From contig NC_081380.1 of assembly GCF_030684315.1 (NCBI RefSeq), positions 45,348,771-45,412,770 of the forward strand: a DNA stretch of 64,000 nt. Direction: 5' to 3'. The stretch is from Stegostoma tigrinum. Taxonomy: Eukaryota. Below are positions 16,990-28,060 of this stretch, one piece after another (position 1 is the first letter of the stretch; every line of letters begins with the position of its first letter). A model generated the notes under the pieces. The model was not told the origin of the DNA and did not search any database. It worked only from the letters and a program-made list of their open reading frames with translations. The position numbers were made by a program, and so were the translations under genes.

Positions 16990-17322
16990 TCAGTAAACGT
17001 GTACCATCCCATACAGGAAGGTCCAGAACAGGATGTAGGTGAAGAGGCCACCGACAAGGCCTCCAGTGAAGAGAGGGCGGCGGGATTTGAAGTACTTGCT
17101 CCAGCGACGCCCAGCTTTTACAATCAGCAGCACAGAGAGGAGGAAGGAGGCAACAAAATAGAAGATGAAACCCGTCAGTGCTGTCAGCCCCAGGATCCCA
17201 GCGGTGGCACCTGACAGTGCAGACACAGATGTACGGCAATAGTCCAGGATCGCAGCATTTCCTCGCACTGCTAACTCACTGATAAACTGTGGACCTTCTC
17301 GTTTAAAACCCACTGCAGCCAT
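16990..17322 (-). CDS. EMC6: ER membrane protein complex subunit 6, 110 aa, single coding exon
   Basis: [16 protein letters not shown]...[21 protein letters not shown]...[11 protein letters not shown] matches EMC6; good Kozak context (gcaATGG); splice acceptor at 17340-17339. Confidence 0.97.
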   Translation of the reverse strand: MAAVGFKREGPQFISELAVRGNAAILDYCRTSVSALSGATAGILGLTALTGFIFYFVASFLLSVLLIVKAGRRWSKYFKSRRPLFTGGLVGGLFTYILFWTFLYGMVHVY

Positions 17323-17904
17323 TGCAAGCTCAGGAATTCTACTTGGGAAGAAAAGCAAATTAATGTGGAGTGAACGAAGGGTGAGATGTAACAATAAGCA
17401 ACAAGAATAACCTGCATTTATTTAGCACTCTGAATATAATAAAACATTCCCAAATTACTTTCCAGGAAAATAAGTCAAATAGTTTGTCAGTTACAAAAGG
17501 AGATGCCAGGTAGGACAGCAGACCAAAACACTGTTGCAAAGGTGGAGGTTGGAGGGAGTGCCTTAGAAGTAGGTAGATCAAATTGGATGGCAAGGTAATG
17601 ACAATGTGGCTCAGTCCAAACAGAGGCTAGGAACAGTAGAAAATTCCAACGCTTCACAACCCTATGAAAGAAGACTTTTCTCCTCATCTCAATCCCAAAT
17701 GGTCATCCACTTACCCTGAGATCGTGCCACGTTTTAGATTTCCCCAGCCCAGGTGGATCTACTTCACAGCATCTACAAAGTCAAGTGCTATCAGAATCTT
17801 CTTTGAATTTGATCAGGTTCTTTTCTTCTAAACTCTACACAGATCCATTCTACCAAATCTCTCCATGTAGAATAATTCCCTTATCCCAGGAGTAAATCAT
17901 GTGA

Positions 17905-18129
17905 GAGATAATGGGAACTGCAGATGCTGGAGATTCCAAGATAATAAAATGTGAGGCTGGATGAACACAGCAGGCCAAGCAGCATCTCAGGAGCACAAAA
18001 GCTGACGTTTCGGGCCTAGACCCTTCATCAGAGAGCTCTGATGAAGGGTCTAGGCCCGAAACGTCAGCTTTTGTGCTCCTGAGATGCTGCTTGGCCTGCT
18101 GTGTTTATCCAGCCTCACATTTTATTATC
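17905..18129. mobile_element. Penelope-derived palindromic mini-element in the EMC6 intron
   Basis: Arms of about 94 bp with a 2-nt spacer; 14-bp TSD AGTAAATCATGTGA at 17891-17904 and 18130-18143. Confidence 0.9.
18038..18065 (+). ncRNA. Minimal hammerhead ribozyme motif (mirror copy on - strand at 18004-18031)
   Basis: CTGATGA-A-GGGT(CTAG)GCCC-GAAA-CG-TC: conserved core, stem II, palindromic ACGT in place of stem III, GUC cleavage triplet; activity untested. Confidence 0.7.
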
Positions 18130-19029
18130 AGTAAATCATGTGAACCTTGTTTGCAGGTATGGAGACAAAACTGTACACACTAGTCCAGATGCAATCTCAC
18201 AAAGATCCATATAATTGAGTAAGACTGTGTTACTCAGCTGTACAGCATGGAAACTGACCCTTCAGTCCAAAACAGAGGGCATAGGTTTAATCCTTGCAAG
18301 TAGAGCAGATATGCTAAATTACTCTAGTCCCATTCACCAGCATTTGTCCCATATCCCTCTAAACCCCTCCTATATCTGCCTCCACCACATCATCCAGCAG
18401 CTCATTCCACTTGCATGAAAAAGTTGTGCCTTGGGTCCCTTTTAAATCTTTCCTCTCTCAGCTTAAACTCATGCCCTATGTCTTGGAATCCCCCTCACTG
18501 GGAAATAGACCTTGGATATTAACCCTATCCATGTCCTTCATGATTTTATAAACTTCTATAAAGTTACCCCCAAAGCCTCCAATGCTCCAACATTAGTCTT
18601 GTATTTCAACATTGTCGCAATTAAAAAAAACACGTATCATTTCCCTACTCAAATGCTTGCTTGTTAATTGCATGTTAATTCTCCAGCTTTCTCATAAAAC
18701 AAAATCACCCAACCAACATTTACCGGTTTTCAACTTATTGAATAATATTTTGATTTTCTATCAAAGTGAATAAAAACGTCAGTTACGTACAAGCTGAAGC
18801 CTCCTCTATATTAAACTGAAAGCACCCTCCAAACTGTCTCCATCAAACATCCCAGGGCAGGTATGTATGGTGTTAGATAGAGTAAACCTCTCTCTCTCTC
18901 CCTACAATATCCTCATCAGTCCCAGACAGATCCAACATCTGCTTTATACACTGTACTCTGTGTATATAGAGTATGTGATGTATTTACAGCTCCATCCAGT
19001 TGGACAATGCAATGCAATGCTCTGCCCTG

Positions 19030-19395
19030 CGCCCGGGGTGGAGGGCGCTGCCCTCTGCTGGTCACACTGGGAATGGCGCACCGGCCGGGGTCCTTCCCGA
19101 CCCAGCTGCCTAACCCGGTGCCAGACCGGGGGTGCCCGTGCGCCTCAAACACGCAGCCTCCCCCTCCGCCGCCGCTAATAATCAGCCTGGAGCCTGTTAC
19201 CGAGCCTCCATGCCAGCGACAGGCAACTAATCACTCACCAGCGGGGTACACAGCTTTCTCACACGGTGAGCAGCTTCCCGTCAGCAGCCGCCATTACAGA
19301 GGAAGCCCCGCCCAATGCCGTGACCTTTCACCTTTCACCGCCTCGTCGAGAAAAAGAACAGAACAAAAGTGAAGCAGGATTAAGGTAAGTTCTGA
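19030..19395. promoter_or_regulatory. CpG-rich promoter region, probably bidirectional
   Basis: YY1-like GCCGCCATT (19287-19295), GC box with overlapping CCAAT (about 19306-19316), DR1-like TGACCTTTCACCT (19321-19333), and splice donors facing outwards on both strands. Confidence 0.6.
19239..19305 (-). other. EMC6: Putative non-coding first exon of EMC6
   Basis: Minus-strand donor CTG|GTGAGT at 19239/19238 inside a CpG-rich region; the coding exon has an acceptor just upstream of its ATG; TSS position inferred. Confidence 0.6.
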
Positions 19396-19507
19396 CATAT
19401 TTCTGACGGATCAATCCGAAAATATTTTAGCTTTTAGATAGTTTTATTTTAAACATGTGCGCGTTCTGCACCAGGGCCCGCCCCATTTCTGTGGCCCCGC
19501 CTCCCCA

Positions 19508-21349
19508 AGCCTTTAACACAATGTCATTGACAATGAGCATCTCAGCGAGTTCTTTCATGTGTCTCCACTTCTCACCTTCCAGCACCGGCCAGACCTTAAC
19601 CAAACCACGCAGCCTTCAGGACAACATCGACCGCAACACCACATCACCCTGCCCCAGGCAGCCAGACATGTCAGATCTTAGACAGGGACAGTACCATCAC
19701 ACATGGGAGCACCACCCACCACGTGAGACATGGACAGTACCATCACACATGGGAGCACCACCCACCACGTGAGACATGGACAGTACCATCACACATGGGA
19801 GCACCACCCACCACGTGAGACATGGACAGTACCATCACACATGGGAGCACCACCCACCACGTGAGACATGGACACTACCATCACACATGGGAGCACCACC
19901 CACCACGTGAGACATGGACACTACCATCACACATGGGAGCACCACCCACCACGTGAGACATGGACACTACCATCACACATGGGAGCACCACCCACCACGT
20001 GAGACATGGACAGTACCATCACACATGGGAGCACCACCCACCACGTGAGACATGGACACTACCATCACACATGGGAGCACCACCCACCACGTGAGACATG
20101 GACAGTACCATCACACATGGGAGCACCACCCACCACGTGAGACATGGACACTACCATCACACATGGGAGCACCACCCACCACGTGAGACATGGACAGTAC
20201 CATCACACATGGGAGCACCACCCACCACGTGAGACATGGACACTACCATCACACATGGGAGCACCACCCACCACGTGAGACATGGACACTACCATCACAC
20301 ATGGGAGCACCACCCACCACGTGAGACATGGACAGTACCATCACACATGGGAGCACCACCCACCACGTGAGACATGGACAGTACCATCACACATGGAAGC
20401 ACCACCCACCACGTGAGACAGGAACAGTACCATCACACATGGGAGCACCACCCACCACGTGAGACATGGACAGTACCGTCACACATGGGAGCACCACCCA
20501 CCACGTGAGACATGGACAGTACCGTCACACATGGGAGCACCACCCACCACGTGAGACATGGACAGTACCATCACACATGGGAGCACCACCCACCACGTGA
20601 GACATGGACACTACCATCACACATGGGAGCACCACCCACCACGTGAGACATGGACAGTACCATCACACATGGGAGCACCACCCACCACGTGAGACATGGA
20701 CAGTACCATCACACATGGGAGCACCACCCACCACGTGAGACATGGACAGTACCATCACACATGGGAGCACCACCCACCACGTGAGACATGGACAGTACCA
20801 TCACACATGGGAGCACCACCCACCACGTGAGACATGGACAGTACCATCACACATGGGAGCACCACCCACCACGTGAGACATGGACACTACCATCACACAT
20901 GGGAGCACCACCCACCACGTGAGACATGGACACTACCATCACACATGGGAGCACCACCCACCACGTGAGACATGGACAGTACCATCACACATGGGAGCAC
21001 CACCCACCATGTGCACGGCTGATACTCATGTCACTTGGCAACGTTGCTTGTCTCTCCCGCTGTCGGCAAGAATGCCCCGAGGCTTGGTGTTCTGCCCAAA
21101 CCATGCAGACGCTACAACAATGGATGGATGGACACGATGCAACGATCACTGGACAGGGCGTTCCCTCCCACTGGGAGAGCACTTTGGGGTCAAGGGCATT
21201 CAGCCTTGGATCTTTGGGTAAATGTCCTCCAAGGTGTACTTTGAGATATACAACATGGCAAAATCGCTGAGCACAGGCTGATAGCCAAGTTCCATTCCCA
21301 TGAGCACGGCCTCAATCATGATCTCGGCTTCATGTCACACTACAGGTGA
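19508..21349 (+). mobile_element. Degenerate Penelope-like retroelement 3' region (GIY-YIG endonuclease), interrupted by a minisatellite
   Basis: Frameshifted peptides SLQDNIDRNTTSPC, DSTITHGSTTHHV and RCRQECPEAWCSAQTMQTLQQWMDGHDATIT, ending GLNHDLGFMSHYR*, resemble the PLE linker and GIY-YIG domain. Confidence 0.75.
19677..21010. repeat. Minisatellite, 46-bp unit, about 29 copies
   Basis: Unit GTGAGACATGGACA(G/C)TACCATCACACATGGGAGCACCACCCACCAC; unit starts at 19723 and 20965 differ by 27 x 46. Confidence 0.97.
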
Positions 21350-21735
21350 CCCAAACACACTGTATACCTCCAGTCACGCACTCGCACAGTTACACAGACC
21401 CTCTCTCTCTCACACACACACTCACACATGCATGCTCTCTCATACACGCACACACANNNNNNNNNNNNNNNNNNNNNNNNNNNNNNNNNNNNNNNNNNNN
21501 NNNNNNNNNNNNNNNNNNNNNNNNNNNNNNNNNNNNNNNNNNNNNNNNNNNNNNNNNNNNNNNNNNNNNNNNNNNNNNNNNNNNNNNNNNNNNNNNNNNN
21601 NNNNNNNNNATACACACACACACATTCACACAATACACTCCCTCAACTCTCACTCTGTCAACCATACACACACACACACTCCCACTCTTTCACACAGACA
21701 CAGATACGCACACACATACACAGACACACACATGA
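21350..21735. repeat. Imperfect (CA)n microsatellite containing an assembly gap (N at 21457-21609)
   Basis: CA/CT dinucleotide runs on both sides of 153 Ns. Confidence 0.92.
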
Positions 21736-21820
21736 ATTTTATCTCATGCAAGACATTTGTGTAGCTGCAGATACATTGTTTTTGCTCAAAATATAAAACC
21801 TGATCACAGTTTAAATAATG

Positions 21821-21949
21821 TAACAGTGATAATGGGAACTGCAGATGTTGTAGAATCCAAGATAACAAAGTGTGGAGCTGGATGACGTTTCGGGCCTAGA
21901 CCCTTCATCAGAGAGGAGCTCTCTGATCCAGCTCCACACTTTGTTATCC
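21821..21949. mobile_element. Penelope-derived mini-element, internally deleted palindrome
   Basis: 14-bp TSD CAGTTTAAATAATG at 21807-21820 and 21950-21963; hammerhead core on - strand at 21884-21911. Confidence 0.85.
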
Positions 21950-22425
21950 CAGTTTAAATAATGCACAGATTCTAAGCAAGACCTCAAACTGCATTTCCTG
22001 ACCTGAAATGTCATCTCTTGTAAACATTGATAAAACCCTAATTATCTCAAGTCAACGACTTGAGAGGAATCTAGATTTTGCATTTTAATAAGCAGTCTCC
22101 TTCCCAAGAGATTAAAGATTCAACAAGAGGCGGCCTGTTTTAGGGCTGTTACCTTTCTTTTTATAAATTCTGTGTCTTCTACGCTCTCTTTCACATTACG
22201 CCTAAGGAAGGAGCTGAGCTTTGAAAACTTGCATTTTCAAATAAACCTGTTGGACTATAGCCTGGTGTCGAGTTTTTTTTGATACTGTCTACCCCAGTCC
22301 AATACTGGCATCTCCACATCATGTCAACCCACCTACACACATTGCTACACCATTATCTCCGCCCATTTATATAACCACATTCCTCACATTAGCCTTGTCC
22401 ATTTACAAGGTCCCTTCCACCATCT

Positions 22426-22548
22426 AAGATAATACAATGTGAGGCTGGATGAACACAGCAGGCCCAGCAGCATCTCAGGAGCACAAAAGCTGATGTTTCG
22501 GGCCTAGACCCTTCTTGGATTCTCCAGCATCTGCAGTTCCCATTATCA
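22426..22548. mobile_element. Penelope-derived mini-element with an internal inversion
   Basis: 14-bp TSD CCCTTCCACCATCT at 22412-22425 and 22549-22562. Confidence 0.85.
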
Positions 22549-22916
22549 CCCTTCCACCATCTCCCTGCTTCCGTCTTGCACCCCATGCATTCATCTAGCT
22601 CCACCTCTCCACATTGCCATGCCCCTTCATGTCAGCCACCCTGTTATGCCCCCAATGCTAGCCCCGCCCCGACATGCATCCCTTTATCCTAAGATTTGAT
22701 GATACAAACATATAGTGCTGAAAAATCTCAGCAGGTCTGGGAGCATCTGTGGAGAAAAATCAGAATTAACCTGTCGGCTCCAGTGAACCTTCTTCAAAAC
22801 TGATGGTGGCCAGGAAATGCTTTTTATGGAGATGATAGGGTGGGGGAGAGGGAAAGAGTAAATGATAGTTGGAAACAGATGCCAAAGAGAGCGACAGAAC
22901 AGCTGGGCAGACAGAG

Positions 22917-23046
22917 GATAAATGTGAGGCTGGGTGAACACAGCAGGCCAAGCAGCGGCTCCTGAGATGCTGCTTGGCCTGCTGTGTTCATCCAGCCTCA
23001 CGTTTTATTGTCTTGGATTCTCCAGCATCTGCAGTTCCCATTATCT
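22917..23046. mobile_element. Penelope-derived palindromic mini-element nested in an older PLE fragment (about 22700-23440, -)
   Basis: Direct repeat CTGGGCAGACAGAG(GA) at 22903 and 23047. Confidence 0.82.
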
Positions 23047-23439
23047 CTGGGCAGACAGAGGAGTTGGGTAATGGTCAGCATTGCAGAATGAATGGCTGTT
23101 AATGGGCACTACTAGTGGCTAACAATGTGTAGAGTGTAATAGAGGACCATTTGATATAACAAGTGTGGAGCTGGAGGAACACAGCAGGTCAGACAGCGTT
23201 AGGGGAGAAGGGAAGTTCTACATTGTATTGACTCAGATTCCAGCATCTGCAGTTCTTGGTATCTCCATGTGATGACAAGACCTGGTGGGTGGGGGTAAAG
23301 GACATGGTGGAGATTGCCTCAAGCCCTAAAATTGTTCAACTCGATATTGAGTCAGGAAGGCTGCAGTTTCCCAGCAGAAAAGGAGATGCTGTTCCTCCAG
23401 GTGGCGCTGAGTTTCCTTGGACCAGTGCAGCAAGCCGGA

Positions 23440-23760
23440 GACAGACCCCGCCCCTTCCGCGTGCCCCGCCCCTTGCCCAGGACCCGCCTCTACCCCCGTG
23501 CAAAACCACGCCCCTTTCCCGGGCTACTCCCATCCCCAGTATCCCAATGTCGAAACTCACCGCACTCCCTGGCCCCGCCTATTCCCACCCGAACAGTGCG
23601 CAGCCCCGCCCCCCATGCTCGGCCCCGCCTGTTCACCGAGCCCTGCCTCTTCAGTGTGCGTGGCCCCGCCCCCCCAGGTCACCGAGCCCCGCCCCGCGAC
23701 GGAAAAACCGCCCCTTTCCTGTCAGAGTCTTGTTGGTTTTCTGCCGCGTCAGGTAATGGC
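23440..23760 (+). promoter_or_regulatory. GC-box array and candidate non-coding first exon of SHPK
   Basis: About ten CCCCGCCC/CCCGCC boxes, then a pyrimidine-rich start (CCTTTCCTG) and donor CAG|gtaatg at 23752/23753. Confidence 0.55.
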
Positions 23761-23904
23761 GTCCCCGACCCTTTTCTACACTCGAATTCCCTTCACTTTG
23801 ATTGTGTTTCACGAGTAAATCGCTTTCTGTTGGTTTTGCTGCAGTTCGTTTCTCAAAATAAGTCATCCATGTATTTTTCAAAATGAAAATTGTGGCTCGC
23901 GGCC

Positions 23905-24122
23905 GCGGCAGGTGCGCGGTTGGCGGGGCGACCTGTCAATCAATCAGTGACAGGACCCGCCCCAACCGCTGCGCTATTGGCAGGGTGACCTGTGAACCAG
24001 TGACAGGACCCGCCCCGACCGGTGAGCTGTTGGCGGGGTGGCCGGTCAATCAGTGACAGGACCCGCCCCGACCGGTGAGCTGTTGGCGGGGTGACATGTC
24101 GATCAGTGACAGGACCCTCCCC
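23905..24122. repeat. 53-bp tandem repeat, about 4 copies, CpG-rich
   Basis: CAGTGACAGGACCC recurs at 23945, 23998, 24051 and 24104. Confidence 0.88.
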
Positions 24123-24149
24123 CCTTCACGGATGGGGCCTATCAGAAAG

Positions 24150-25350
24150 TCGTGAACAGAAGTTGCTGGAAAAGCTCAGCAGGTCTGTCAGCATCTGTGA
24201 AGGAAAAACGATCTTAGTTAACGTTTCAGGTCTGGTGACCGTTTCTCAGAGATAATGTAGCTGGGAAAATATTGCAGAAAATAGGGAGGGGCTTGAGGTA
24301 GAGAATAAACATAAGGATGGGAGAGTTTGGGCCCTGAAATTACTGAACTCGATATTGAGCCCTGAGGTTTGCAGGGTCCCCAAGTGGAAAGTGAAGGTGT
24401 TGTTCTTCTCTGATGAAGGGTCTAGGCCCGAAACGTCAGCTTTTGTGCTCCTGAGATGCTGCTTGGCCTGCTGTGTTCATCCAGCCTCACATTTTATTAT
24501 CTTGGAATCTCCAGCATCTGCAGTTCCCATTATCTCTTGTTCTTCCAGCCTGTGTTGTGCTTCACTGGAACACTGCAGCAAGCCAGAGACAGAGTTGTTG
24601 GCCAGGGAGCAGGGTGGTGTGTTAAAGTGGCAACCAATTGGAAGCTGAGGGTCTTTTTTGGCGAGCAGAACGTAAACGTTCTGCGAAGCGGTCACCCAGT
24701 CCATGCTCCTTTTCCCCAGTGTAAAGGAGACTGGGTGAGCGCTTCGCAGAACATACTACGTTCTGCTCGCAAAAGAAGACCCTGAGCTTCCAGTTGCCTG
24801 CCACTTTAACACGCCCCCCTGCTCCCTGGCCAACATCTCTGTCTCTGGCTTGCTGCAGTGTTCCAGCGAAGCTAAACACAGGCTGGAAGAACAACACCTC
24901 ACTTTCCACTTGGGACCCTGCAGACCTCCAGACTCAATACCGCGTTCAATTATTTCAGGGCCAAACTCTCCCATGTCCTCATCCCCTACCCCACACACCA
25001 GGCCTTGTTACCACATAGCCTACCATTACATGCTACCTGTTGTTGGTCACTAACGGTCCCCATTAACAGCTATTCACCCTCCTAGCCAGATCGTTATCAA
25101 CTCCTTTGTCTATCCAACTGCTCTTCTTTCTCTTTGGTCTCTGGCCTTGATCATATTGTTTACTCCCTACTGCGTTCCCTCTCCCTATTTTCTGCAATAA
25201 ACCAATGTTTTCCCTCTACCATCAGTTCTGAGGAATGGTCACCAGACATGAAACTTTAACGGTGATTTTTTCTTCATAGACGCTGCCAGACCTGCTGAGC
25301 TATTCCAGCAACCTCTGTTTTTGTTGCTGATTTACAAAATCCGCAGTTTT
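24150..25350. mobile_element. Two inverted Penelope-like 3' fragments forming a large imperfect palindrome
   Basis: About 24150-24700 is the reverse complement of about 24728-25350; the + arm encodes RLGERFAEH...LPVACHFN...LLQCSSEAKHRLEEQHLTFHLG (GIY-YIG C-terminal part). Confidence 0.8.
24409..24536 (+). mobile_element. Penelope-derived mini-element, single arm, intact hammerhead core at 24410-24437
   Basis: Family consensus; TTGTTCTTC repeated at 24400-24408 and 24537-24545; absent from the opposite arm of the host palindrome. Confidence 0.85.
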
Positions 25351-25439
25351 TCAGTCAGAAACTCATAATTATCACTCAGAAGGAGTCAGCATGACCCCGC
25401 TCCATGGCAACTCCTCACCAGACACTGTCCATGAAAGTC

Positions 25440-25670
25440 GTAGAATCCCTGTAGTGTAGAAGCAGGCCATTTACCCCATTGACTTTGCTCGGCCAGTCTA
25501 CCTAACCTGCACATCGTTGGAGTGTCGGGAGCACCTGGAGGTAGCTCACGTAGACACAGGAAGACTATGCAAACTCCACACAGACAGTCGCCCAAGGCTG
25601 GAATCAAACCCCATCCCTGGCCCTAAAATAAAGTGTGAGACATTAGTGCTAACCACCGACCCACCATCTG
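25440..25670 (-). mobile_element. V-SINE (HE1-like), degenerate
   Basis: Reverse complement of the V-domain (GCAAACTCCACACAGACAGTCGCCC). Confidence 0.7.
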
Positions 25671-26356
25671 CACCTTTACAATCAGCCTGCTAATGTGCTC
25701 ACCTTCATCTGGTATTCTTGCAAACTATCCTGATGAATGAGCATCATTAACATGTCTTTTTTTTGAAATACTCAAAAGGTTTTCATTAGATCCTTCTTGT
25801 TCTTGTCTTAGTTAGCTTAAGTCTGTGGTTACAGTCTGTGGGGTTAGTTCTGAACAAGGGTTTACTGTACTCAAAATGTTCATTCTGTTTGCCTGTTTAA
25901 CTTATGAGGCCTGACCTGAATTTCCCTGGCAATTTCTATTTTTGTTTGTTTTAGGTCTGTGGCCTCTGATTACTGAGCCTCCTGCTGAAGTGAGAATTTC
26001 CTCTCATTTGTTTTTTTTTAAACTCTTTGTGGATCAAACCCTTTAATCCTTTCAACTCAAATGAATAGAGTACTAGGTTTTTCTAACTATATCACCACAC
26101 TATGACCACAATATTCCAGTTCAGGGTCCAACAAATAATGAACAAAGATTTTTTTTATTCATTCACGGGATGAGAGTGTTGCTGGCCAGGTAGCATTTAT
26201 TGCCCATCCATAATTGCCCAGAGGGCTGTTAAGAGTCAACTACATTGCTCCAGGCCTGGAGTCACATGTAGTCCAGACTAGGCGAGGGTGGCAGTTTCCT
26301 TCTCTAAGGGGCGTTAGTGAACCAGATGGGTTTTTCCGACTATTGACAATGGACGT

Positions 26357-27518
26357 TGTAGGGGTGACCTGTAGCTGGCCATGTAAGGTGACTAGTACCT
26401 GATCACACTAAGCAGCCCATGCCTGTTTACAAGATGGCAGACAGAAATGAGCAAAACTAAGCACCCTGCTCACACAGTGAAATTCAATGGTACCTTTGAC
26501 CAGAGCTGCTAGAAGGTCAGTGAAAGAATGCTGTATGTTCCCATCTGAGACAATTCTGATAAAAAGGATGCTTTAGGATAAATGACCAATTCTAACCTTA
26601 TTAATAAAAGAATGATTGTCCCAATAAATGAGTAATATCAGGTGCTAGATAAAGTCCCTAAGCAGCTGCAAGGATGACAGCTAAAGTTATTTTGTAACAA
26701 ATAGTTGCTTCTTTGAAGCTACCTGCAATATTAAATAGTTTCTATTTAAAAATGCTTTAATCATAGAAGTTGATTTCAATACATAACCAGAATATAATAT
26801 CAACATTAAAAAAAATTTAAGCCTAGATTTGAAGGTTAACTAGCCTCAGGCGATGCCTCCTGTTATGCCCTGAACAAGGCAGATTGTTCACAACCCATAA
26901 ATTACAATATGCTATCAGTAGAAGTAGTTGTATAATATTACATTTATAATTAACTCTATAATAGAAATTAATATTATAGCAATTAATTAAAACTAACTGA
27001 CTTTTTATTTTAACATTATATAATTGGGACAGTGGGAAATATTAGAGGAATGGCTGAATTTGATAAAATAATATGCATGCAGTCAATGAATAATAGAATC
27101 AAAACTCTCCTTAGAGATAAGAAGCCTGAGACAGACCCAAAGGAGTGTAGCCAGTAAACTTTTGGTATGTGAATGAATAGGATGCATTGAAAGATCCTAA
27201 GGCCCAAAGATTACAAATGCCATAAGACCATGGGGATCTGGAGCTGTCTGTAGGAATACCCATCTTTGATTAGGTAAGGCATGGGACTGGGAGTATGAAT
27301 TAAGAGGGAATGTTAGTGACTGCTTAATCATTGTAACAAAGTGTATAAAATGCTGTATTTTCACTGAAAATATCAGGGAGTGTCATTGATCTCCCTTCCA
27401 ATTCAGGGAAGATTCTTTGGCCCTCTCTCTGCATGAACCAGTTTCAGCTTGAACAAACATCTTCCGCTTGAGTTTTTGACCCCGTTTGGAGTTGGGGTGC
27501 GGGCTGTATGGCCCTACT
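26357..27518 (+). mobile_element. Possible solo LTR
   Basis: Starts TGTAGGG and ends CCCTAC(T); TATAAAA near 27344; no clear TSD. Confidence 0.3.
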
Positions 27519-28060
27519 GTTGTGTAATTATCAAAATATATTTTAGGGGATTCTGGTGTGCTTGTTTCTATGAAATATGTACTGTTATTTTCATCTAGTT
27601 AAGATGCACATCTTTGCTGTCAAACTTTACAATGCTAAACCACTTCACAATTGTAGAAGACACACCTTGTAATCTCAGAGTGGAAACCCCACCCTCCTTC
27701 TTCAATGCCTTCATAACTTCTCTGTAGCCTCCTTGATCCCTATCGCCCTCTGCAATCAGTGTGACAGTCCAATTCACACCTCTTGCATTCATTGTCTTAA
27801 TCCTACATTGGCAACGCTCTCCTCACCTGCCTGGGTCCATGGCTGTGAAATGTCCTGCCCAACCTTGTCTCCTTTCTCCTTTAATTTTCACCCTTAAAAA
27901 AACCTCCCTCTTTGACTAAGCTGTTTTTTTAACCTGTACCTCCATAGTGACTCAGTGCCAAAAGTTGTTTGACTCCCTTTTGTGAAGCAACCAGGGAGAT
28001 TTTACAACATTAAAGGTGCTATGTAAATCAACAGTGTAAGTTTTTTTTGTGTTTTCACAG

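Noticed and set aside
17323-17394. N-terminal extension of EMC6 in the ORF track (134 aa)
   Set aside because: Runs through the polypyrimidine tract and acceptor; the real start is the ATG at 17322, giving the canonical 110 aa
19677-21010. Array of regular repeats resembling CRISPR
   Set aside because: Units are contiguous and near-identical with no unique spacers; eukaryotic context and no cas genes
21300-21796. His/Thr-rich ORFs
   Set aside because: Translation of a CA microsatellite across an N gap
23256-23886. Three overlapping proline-rich ORFs of 133-190 aa
   Set aside because: By-product of the GC-box array and a Penelope fragment; no recognisable homology
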